DNA of 27,146 nucleotides from Dissulfurispiraceae bacterium (GTDB lineage: Bacteria; Nitrospirota; Thermodesulfovibrionia; Thermodesulfovibrionales; Dissulfurispiraceae). The stretch lies in contig JBGOVD010000001.1 of assembly GCA_041477935.1 (NCBI GenBank), positions 1-27,146 of the forward strand, written 5' to 3'. The stretch's first letter is position 1. Each line of letters opens with the position of its first letter. Below, in pieces: positions 1 to 6,853 of the stretch. Below the pieces are notes generated by a model. It saw nothing but the letters and a program-made list of their open reading frames with translations, did not search any database and was not told the origin of the DNA. The position numbers were made by a program, and so were the translations under genes.

Positions 1-202
1 CCCAAAGTCTTTATAATGCGATAAGAAACCGTATTCAGTCGCGAATAGTAAAGTTGTCTGCGGACAAGATCCTTTTCATGAAGTAATGGGCGGGTATGAA
101 AATCATCAAAGGTATCGCTATAAAGCCTTTGGGGCATCCCTCCCAATCCTGATTTATGCATTTATCTTATAGCTAACTAGGCTTGTTTCAGGAGGAAATG
201 AT

Positions 203-2284
203 ATGAGGGAAAAGGTTTACAGCGTCTGTTCAATGTGTACTGTACGCTGCCCCATCATGGTAGAAGTGGAGGATGGGGTTGTAAAACATATATGGGGCAA
301 TCCCAACGTGTTGGGCGGAATGTATCTCTGTCCGCGCGGCGCTGCAGGGAAGGCATTTCAGTATGACTCCGAGAGGCCCCAGCGGCCGCTGATCAGGGAC
401 GGAGAGCGGGGTTCGGGAAAGTGGCGCGAGGCCTCCTGGGATGAAGCCCTCGACTATATTGCTACAAAGCTTTCCGAAATAAAAGAGACCTATGGCGCAA
501 AGAGTATCGTGTTGAGCGATCGGGGCGGCCCCATCACGGACTTTGAGAAAACTTTCATTACGGCACTCGGCTCTCCGAATTATTTCAACCACCACGCCTC
601 CTGCTCCAACAGCGTGCACAACGCGCACATGTCGGTTGCCGGGTATGCCCGGAATGGTGTCGGTTATGACTACAAGAACTGCAAGTACATGGTGGTCATG
701 GGACGGAACCTCCTCGAATCGATCGGCACCGGCGAAGCGAAGAATGTCATCGATATGCAGGAGGCAGGCGGCAAGCTGGTATATATCGATGTCCGCTGGA
801 ACTACACTGCGGCAAAGGCCGATAAATTTTTTATCATAAGGCCGGGCACCGACTATGCGCTGACACTCGCCCTGCTGAATGTCATACTCAGGGAAAATCT
901 CTATGACCACGAGTTCGTGAACCGCTGGGTTACCGGCATCGAAGACCTTAAAAAATTTGTGCTTCCTTACACCCCCGAATGGGCGGAGAAGGAAACCGGC
1001 ATATCTGCAAAAGAAATCATGAAGATCGCGCATGAGGCCCATGAGGCGAGTCCGTCTGTAGTTTTCCATCCGGGCTGGATGACGGCCTGGCGCGAGAACG
1101 ACTTTTATTTCAGGCGCATGCTCTATATCCTCAACGCCCTGATGGGAAGCTATGAGGCAAAGGGCGGCATCTTTATCAGCAAATCTCCTGCGGATGCCGG
1201 TGTAAAGTTCAGGACGCTGCTTTCACAAGTCCCGAAGGTGAGCGAGGAGCGCTTCGACGGCTGCGGCACTAAATACCCGCATCTCGGCGCCCAATGGGGT
1301 CTTGCGCAAATGCTGCCTCATGCCATCCTTACCGAGGACCCCTATCCTATCAAGGCATACATCGTCATGAGACACGATCCCCTGGCGTCTTTACCCGATC
1401 CTGAAATATTAAAAGAGGCCCTGATGAAGCTCGATCTGATCGTCTCTATAGATGTCAATTACAGCGAGACCGGATGGGTATCTGACGTTATACTTCCAGA
1501 GTCGACATACCTTGAGAGGACCGACCATGTTTTCGCGAGGACCGGACTGAAACCTTCTCTCGCCTTACGCAGAAAGGCAGTAGAGCCAAGGTTCGACAGT
1601 AAGCCGAGATCGTACATATTTAAGGCCCTGGCGGACAGAATGGGAATCGGCCAGTATTTTCCGTACAACACAATAGAGGAACTTATTGCTTGGCAGCTGG
1701 AAGGAACGGGATTTTCGTTTAAGGATTTCGACAAAACGGGCGTCATAGACCTGGTGAAGCGCCCCATCTGGATGGACCGCAAAGAGGGCCTGAAATTCAA
1801 CACGCCTTCCGGGAAGATCGAGATCATTTCGGGCAAACTCGAAAAGAGCGGGATTCCGTCATTTATCCCTTACGAGAGCCCAAAGAAACCCGATGACGGT
1901 TCTTTCTTCCTTGTTACAAGCAAGACCGCGGTGCATACGCAGGGCCGCACGACCGCGAACAACCCCATCCTGAACGAGATCGTATCCGAAAACCATCTCT
2001 GGATAAACAGCGAAGAAGCAGAGATACTCGGTATCAAGGACGGGGATGTGGTTGAAGTTTCGGCAGAAGGCGTCACACAGACCATAAAAGCCCAGGTCAC
2101 TGATTTCATTCATCCGGAAGCAGTCTTCATGCTCCATGGCTTCGGCGATTCTGTCCATTTAAGGACGCGCTCTTTCAGCAGGGGCGCCAGCGACGTCAAG
2201 CTGCAGAAGGGACTTCTCAAGGTTGCGGTGGGCGGAAATTGCCCGATGACTGAGTGCGTCGTCTCTGTGAGACGAGCGGGCTGA
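203..2284 (+). CDS. Molybdopterin (Mo/W-bisPGD) oxidoreductase catalytic subunit, polysulfide/thiosulfate reductase (PsrA/PhsA)-like, apparently cytoplasmic
   Basis: N-terminal FS0 cluster motif CSMCTVRC...CPRG begins at residue 9. Typical DMSO-reductase-family segments are present (RPQRPLIR...WREASWDEALD, IRPGTDYAL, DVILPESTYLER), plus a C-terminal molybdopterin-dinucleotide domain (VHTQGRT...LWINSEEAEILGIKDGDVVEV). Candidate Mo-ligand Cys in NHHASC resembles PhsA HASTC. No twin-arginine leader. SD AGGAGG at 190-195. Confidence 0.85.
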   Translation: MREKVYSVCSMCTVRCPIMVEVEDGVVKHIWGNPNVLGGMYLCPRGAAGKAFQYDSERPQRPLIRDGERGSGKWREASWDEALDYIATKLSEIKETYGAKSIVLSDRGGPITDFEKTFITALGSPNYFNHHASCSNSVHNAHMSVAGYARNGVGYDYKNCKYMVVMGRNLLESIGTGEAKNVIDMQEAGGKLVYIDVRWNYTAAKADKFFIIRPGTDYALTLALLNVILRENLYDHEFVNRWVTGIEDLKKFVLPYTPEWAEKETGISAKEIMKIAHEAHEASPSVVFHPGWMTAWRENDFYFRRMLYILNALMGSYEAKGGIFISKSPADAGVKFRTLLSQVPKVSEERFDGCGTKYPHLGAQWGLAQMLPHAILTEDPYPIKAYIVMRHDPLASLPDPEILKEALMKLDLIVSIDVNYSETGWVSDVILPESTYLERTDHVFARTGLKPSLALRRKAVEPRFDSKPRSYIFKALADRMGIGQYFPYNTIEELIAWQLEGTGFSFKDFDKTGVIDLVKRPIWMDRKEGLKFNTPSGKIEIISGKLEKSGIPSFIPYESPKKPDDGSFFLVTSKTAVHTQGRTTANNPILNEIVSENHLWINSEEAEILGIKDGDVVEVSAEGVTQTIKAQVTDFIHPEAVFMLHGFGDSVHLRTRSFSRGASDVKLQKGLLKVAVGGNCPMTECVVSVRRAG

Positions 2285-2304
2285 TTCAACAAAGGAGGAT
2301 AAGG

Positions 2305-2814
2305 ATGAGCATTTACTACATATACCAGGACCAGAAAAGATGCATAGGCTGCCGTGCTTGCGAGGTACACTGCAAAACGGAAAATGATGTCCCTGTGGGG
2401 CCGAGATTCGGCAGAATAATTCCCGTGGGGCCGAAGGTGATCGGGAACATCCCGCGCATGAACTTCATATTCATGCCCTGCTTTCATTGCGAGAACCCGT
2501 GGTGCGTATCCGCCTGTCCCACAGGGGCGATGAAGACCAGGTCGAAGGACGGGATAGTCTTTATCGAGCCGGCCCTCTGCGTAGGTTGCAAGGCGTGTAT
2601 TACCGCATGTCCGTGGGGAGTGCCGCAATGGGACGAAGAAACCGGCAAAGTCATTAAGTGCGATTATTGCATGCACCGGATCGACAACGGTTTGCTGCCG
2701 GCATGCGTTAGCGGCTGCACAACGAACGCTCTGCGCTGGGTATCGCCTGAAGAAGCATCCAAGCTGAAGCGGGAAAGGCACGCAAAGGAAATAGCGTCTA
2801 ACCTTCCTTATTAG
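2305..2814 (+). CDS. Four-cluster [4Fe-4S] electron-transfer subunit (PsrB/DmsB/NrfC-like)
   Basis: Motifs CIGCRACEVHC, CFHCENPWCVSACP, CVGCKACITACP and KCDYC...PACVSGC. Start moved from ORF-track 2254 to ATG 2305, which has AAGGAGG upstream and avoids overlap with the previous gene. Confidence 0.9.
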   Translation: MSIYYIYQDQKRCIGCRACEVHCKTENDVPVGPRFGRIIPVGPKVIGNIPRMNFIFMPCFHCENPWCVSACPTGAMKTRSKDGIVFIEPALCVGCKACITACPWGVPQWDEETGKVIKCDYCMHRIDNGLLPACVSGCTTNALRWVSPEEASKLKRERHAKEIASNLPY

Positions 2815-2816
2815 AA

Positions 2817-3620
2817 ATGATCATCATTACCCTCAACGGTAGGGAGAGAGAGTTTGAAGAAGGGACATCGGTACTCGAGGCGGCAAGGCGCGAAGGTATC
2901 GATGTCCCTACGCTCTGTTATCACGAATCTCTCGGCCCCTACGGAGTCTGCAGATTGTGCCTGGTGGAAGCTGAAGGACCAAGCTTCAGACGGACTCTTA
3001 TTCCATCATGCAATCTCAAGGTATCGGAAGGGCTGGTTATAGAGACCAACACCCCCCGCGTCAATGCTGCCAGAAAAAGCATAATGGAATTACTTCTCGC
3101 AAGCACTCCAAACACGGAGCCCCTGCTGAAACTGGCGAAAAAGCTCGGCGTTGAAGGTACGCATTACAAAAGTTCAAAGAGAGACAAGTGTATTCTCTGC
3201 GGTCTCTGTGTACGGGTCTGCCGGATGAAGATCGGTGCGGCGGCGCTTGATTTCGCTACCGATGGAAAGAATGACAGGACGGTTGCAGAATACGTAGCGC
3301 TATCGCAGGACAGATGCATCGGCTGCGGTTCCTGTGCCAATATCTGCCCGATCGGAGTCATCAAGGTCAAGGACAGCGGCGGCCAAAGATATATCTATCT
3401 ATACGCGCAACTGGTCAACACACTCAAACTCGTCAGGTGTGAAAGCTGCGGAGAGCCTTATACGACACAGAAGTTCCTGGATTTCGTGCTCTCACGTCTG
3501 GACAATGAAGTAAGCTCCAGAACAAAGCTGAGGATTTGTCCTGAGTGCTCGCGAGAGTATTATACGATTGCTCTGACAGGACAATTCCCCGTATTTGAGG
3601 AATTCCCTCCGATTTTGTAA
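2817..3620 (+). CDS. NuoG-N-terminus/HoxU/BamI-like iron-sulfur protein ([2Fe-2S] + 2x[4Fe-4S] + C-terminal CxxC..CxxC), copy 1
   Basis: IDVPTLCYH...YGVCRLCLVE...IPSC gives the 2Fe-2S site. Also CILCGLCVRVC, CIGCGSCANICP and C-terminal CESC...CPEC. Starts 2 bp after the previous stop. Confidence 0.85.
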   Translation: MIIITLNGREREFEEGTSVLEAARREGIDVPTLCYHESLGPYGVCRLCLVEAEGPSFRRTLIPSCNLKVSEGLVIETNTPRVNAARKSIMELLLASTPNTEPLLKLAKKLGVEGTHYKSSKRDKCILCGLCVRVCRMKIGAAALDFATDGKNDRTVAEYVALSQDRCIGCGSCANICPIGVIKVKDSGGQRYIYLYAQLVNTLKLVRCESCGEPYTTQKFLDFVLSRLDNEVSSRTKLRICPECSREYYTIALTGQFPVFEEFPPIL

Positions 3621-3628
3621 AAGCGCGA

Positions 3629-4414
3629 ATGATAAACATAGTAATCAATGGCAGGCAAATGGAAGTCGATGAGGGCATAAGCGTTCTTGAAGCAGCAAGG
3701 AACGAGGGAATCGATATCCCGACACTCTGCTATCACAAGGCACTGAAACCGTACGGCGGCTGTAAATTATGCATTGTGGAATCTGAAGGCCCGAATCTCA
3801 GAAAGATGTTGAGGCCGTCCTGCATCCTTAAAGTCTCAGAGGGACTTTCGGTCGAGACTGAATCGCTGCGAATCGCGGCCATGAGAAAAGAACTGCTTTC
3901 GCTCTATCTGTCCTTGGCGCCCCATCCGAGATCATATCTGATCGAGATGGCCGACAAGTATGGCGCGAAGCCTGTTACGCCTGAGGCAGGCGCGGATCTA
4001 TGCTCGCGTTGTACTCTCTGCGTAAGGGTTTGCCGTGAACAAATAGGAGCATCTGCGCTCACCCTTGCCAAGGCAGACGGCCCGGCCGGCGGCGCTTCGC
4101 GTTCCATTCGCTTCATCCGGGAGGCATGTTACGGCGGCGGTACCTGTGCCAGCATCTGCCCTTCGGGTATCTTGCGCATGACGGACAAAGGAGCCGAAAG
4201 GACTATGCTGATCCGTGGAAGGTCTGTCGGGACATTCGAGCTGGCCGAGTGTGAGTCGTGCGGAGCTCACTATATGACCCCGCAATATATCGACAAGGTC
4301 CAATCCCGGCTTTCTGTGGAAGAAGGAAAGATCATAAAAAAGGTCTGCCCCGAGTGTGCGCGCCGTTACTACACCGTCGCATTGACCGGGCGGTTTATCT
4401 GCGGAGAGCATTGA
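3629..4414 (+). CDS. NuoG-N-terminus/HoxU/BamI-like iron-sulfur protein, copy 2 (tandem paralogue)
   Basis: IDIPTLCYH...YGGCKLCIVE...RPSC, CSRCTLCVRVC, CYGGGTCASICP (one Cys replaced by Gly) and CESC...CPEC. Collinear with 2817-3620 over its whole length, including the shared YYT(I/V)ALTG tail. Confidence 0.85.
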   Translation: MINIVINGRQMEVDEGISVLEAARNEGIDIPTLCYHKALKPYGGCKLCIVESEGPNLRKMLRPSCILKVSEGLSVETESLRIAAMRKELLSLYLSLAPHPRSYLIEMADKYGAKPVTPEAGADLCSRCTLCVRVCREQIGASALTLAKADGPAGGASRSIRFIREACYGGGTCASICPSGILRMTDKGAERTMLIRGRSVGTFELAECESCGAHYMTPQYIDKVQSRLSVEEGKIIKKVCPECARRYYTVALTGRFICGEH

Positions 4415-4418
4415 GACA

Positions 4419-6389
4419 ATGAAAAACAGAATATTTAAATACTGGAACGAAACATACTCTGAAGAAACATCGGAACTGAGCCTCGGCGGACAGCGGATCG
4501 CCGCGGTCATCGGATGGGGCGGCATTCAGGTCACGGACCCGCAGCTGGATATCGTCGATCTCTGCTGTAAATATGCTAAGGCTTTGCAGGAGAATTCGTG
4601 CGGCCAATGCAACCCGTGCAGGACCGGAACGAGAGTGCTGGCTGAACTCTTCGAAAAGATAAGAACAGGCCATGGAAATGAAAAAGATATCGAAGATATA
4701 GAGGCACTTTCCAGGACGATCTCCGAAGCTTCGATGTGCGAGATCGGGCAGAGCTCTCCGAGGGTATTGCTCTATCTCCTGGAACACTTCAGGGATTCAT
4801 TCACCGCCGTACTCGATGTCGGCAGCAAGAACGGCAACAGGGAAGCTAATAGACAGTATACATTTCATTCGATGCTTACCGCGCCTTGCATTCAGGCATG
4901 CCCTATGCACCTGGACATTCCGAAATACATTGAAGAAATAAAGGGTGGACGGTTCAGGGAATCGCTCGAATGCATAAAGAGCAGGCTCCCGCTGCCCGGT
5001 ATCGTCGGAAGGGTATGCGTAAGACCCTGCGAATCCAATTGCCGGAGGGGACTCGTTGATGAACCTCTTCAGATACGCCACCTGAAAAGATTCGTGGCCG
5101 ACCATGCACGCGGGTGCCCGGATAGGACAACCGGATGCAGGTCCGGAGTTGAAGATACGGCTACGCAACACGAGCCACTTAAAGTTGCAATAATAGGTGC
5201 AGGCCCTTCTGGTCTCACATGCGCGTCTTTCCTTGCAAAGAAAGGTTATGATGTCACCATCTTCGAAATGCTCACAGAATCGGGCGGCATGGCATCGGTT
5301 GGGATTCCTGACTACCGCCTCCCGCGCGATATAGTTCACGATGAAGTGGCTGAAATAGAGAGACTCGGTGTAAAAATCCTCTATGGAAAGGCCCTCGGCC
5401 CCCATTTCACACTGGAGGACCTCGAAAAAGAGGGCTTCAGGGCGATCTTCATCGGTATGGGCTGCCATTGCCATAAGAGCCTGGACATAGAAGGCGAAGA
5501 TCGCGGATATTACGGGTACGTTCCGGGTGTTTATTTTTTAAAGAATATAAACCTCGGGCTGCTGGACGAAGTTCCGAAAGGGAAGAAGATGGTAGTGGTG
5601 GGCGGAGGAAATGTCGCTATCGATTGTGTGCGAACTGCCTTTCGGGTCGGATTCGATGAGTCACATATCGTTTACCGCAGATCGCGAAAGGAAATGCCTG
5701 CGGACCCCGTGGAGATCGATGATGCCGAGGCTGAGGGTGTGAAATATCATTTTCTCACGGCACCCAAGCGCATCATGGGAGAGAATGGCAAGGTCACGGG
5801 GCTTGAATGCGTCCGTATGGAACTCGGAGAACCGGATGCATCCGGCAGGAGAAGGCCCGTTTTGGTGCCGGGATCCGAATTCGTCATCGAAGCTGATGTG
5901 ATAGTAGCAGCCATTGGCCAGGAAGGTGATTTCAACTGCATGTGCAATCTGCCTGGCGTCGATGTCACCAAGAAGGGAGCAATCATCGTCGATGAAAATC
6001 TGATGACCACGAGAAAGGGCGTCTTTGCCGGGGGTGACTGCGTGACCGGACCTGATGTTCTTATCAGGGCCTGTGCTCACGGAAGGCTTGTCAGCATGGC
6101 TATAGATAAATTTCTGACTGAAGGAAAAACCGAACCACTCGGCGAGGTCCTTGAAGAGAAGTTCCTTGCAGGGTTAAAGGTTTATGATCCCGCCGAATCC
6201 ATCGCGCTTCCTGAAGGCCCCGGACGGGTGGCCGTCAAACATGAACAACCAGCAGAAAGAAAAATTGATTTCCGTGAAGTAGACAAAGGATACTCCGACG
6301 AAGAGGCAGTTTCAGAGGCAACGAGATGCCTGCGATGCTATCGCCTTGTAATGTATGCCTGCTCCGACGATGCGTCATCTCATGCCTGA
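4419..6389 (+). CDS. NAD(P)H-dependent Fe-S flavoprotein: N-terminal NuoF-type [4Fe-4S] domain fused to a GltD/SudA/SfrB-type FAD module
   Basis: SCGQCNPCRTG...ASMCEIG is the NuoF-type cluster domain. PCIQACP...GRVCVRPCESNC is the GltD-type cluster domain. FAD Rossmann VAIIGAGPSGL; pyridine nucleotide Rossmann VVVGGGNVAIDC followed by YRRSR (NADPH-type basic motif); FAGGDCVTGP; C-terminal EATRCLRC. Confidence 0.85.
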   Translation: MKNRIFKYWNETYSEETSELSLGGQRIAAVIGWGGIQVTDPQLDIVDLCCKYAKALQENSCGQCNPCRTGTRVLAELFEKIRTGHGNEKDIEDIEALSRTISEASMCEIGQSSPRVLLYLLEHFRDSFTAVLDVGSKNGNREANRQYTFHSMLTAPCIQACPMHLDIPKYIEEIKGGRFRESLECIKSRLPLPGIVGRVCVRPCESNCRRGLVDEPLQIRHLKRFVADHARGCPDRTTGCRSGVEDTATQHEPLKVAIIGAGPSGLTCASFLAKKGYDVTIFEMLTESGGMASVGIPDYRLPRDIVHDEVAEIERLGVKILYGKALGPHFTLEDLEKEGFRAIFIGMGCHCHKSLDIEGEDRGYYGYVPGVYFLKNINLGLLDEVPKGKKMVVVGGGNVAIDCVRTAFRVGFDESHIVYRRSRKEMPADPVEIDDAEAEGVKYHFLTAPKRIMGENGKVTGLECVRMELGEPDASGRRRPVLVPGSEFVIEADVIVAAIGQEGDFNCMCNLPGVDVTKKGAIIVDENLMTTRKGVFAGGDCVTGPDVLIRACAHGRLVSMAIDKFLTEGKTEPLGEVLEEKFLAGLKVYDPAESIALPEGPGRVAVKHEQPAERKIDFREVDKGYSDEEAVSEATRCLRCYRLVMYACSDDASSHA

Positions 6390-6852
6390 CAAAGAAATAT
6401 CCAGATACCAGGCTGCAAAGGCATCCGGGATGAAGACTATTCTCTTCGTCTGTTCCGGAAATTCGATCCGCTCACAGATTGCCGAAGGTATCGTAACCCA
6501 TTTATTCGGGAAGGAATGGGCGGCTTTTTCGGCAGGCACGATGCCGATGCCGGTACCGAAGGACCTTGTGAAAGTAATGAGCGAAATCGGCATAGACATA
6601 AGCAACCGGAAAGGGAAACATGTCGGCGCATTCAAAGACTGTACCTTCGACAGGGTAGTCGTGCTCTGCTCCGACGTAGACAGGATGTGTCCCGTCCTTC
6701 CGGAATGCGCGGAGCAGGAGCGTATTTTTTTCCACGACCCTCTGTCGTCAGCCATGGCGTCGGAGGGGTTTTTCATCAACTTCAAATCATCATATCGACA
6801 GCTTAGAGACGAGATGAGAAAAGTGCTTACTCACTATATGAAGGAAACATGA
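6382..6852 (+). CDS. arsC: ArsC-type arsenate reductase / low-molecular-weight phosphatase family protein (thioredoxin-coupled type)
   Basis: P-loop LFVCSGNSIRSQIAEG (CX5R), resolving pair LCSDVDRMCP (C-X6-C) and DP motif (FHDP). Start uncertain: ATG 6382 overlaps the upstream stop (ATGCCTGA); ATG 6430 (MKTILF) is the alternative. Arsenate versus phosphatase substrate cannot be decided from sequence. Confidence 0.7.
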   Translation: MPDKEISRYQAAKASGMKTILFVCSGNSIRSQIAEGIVTHLFGKEWAAFSAGTMPMPVPKDLVKVMSEIGIDISNRKGKHVGAFKDCTFDRVVVLCSDVDRMCPVLPECAEQERIFFHDPLSSAMASEGFFINFKSSYRQLRDEMRKVLTHYMKET

Positions 6853-6853
6853 T

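Noticed and set aside
114-124. ATCGCTATAAA resembling a ModE half-site (and TATAATGCGAT at 12-22)
   Set aside because: Neither has a matching partner half-site at the 6-bp spacing, so these are not supported as ModE boxes despite the Mo context.
230-1069. 279-aa antisense ORF, and the other long antisense ORFs in the track (e.g. 2110-2781, 4797-5474, 21858-22811, 23628-24695)
   Set aside because: All lie opposite well-supported genes, show no motifs and have the composition of reverse-frame shadows.
203-6389. Selenocysteine read-through or frameshift in the redox operon; respiratory arsenate reductase (Arr) or formate dehydrogenase call
   Set aside because: All frames are intact with no internal TGA. 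The catalytic subunit lacks a Tat leader and the Fdh active-site (C/U)H motif was not recognised, so no specific enzyme name is justified.
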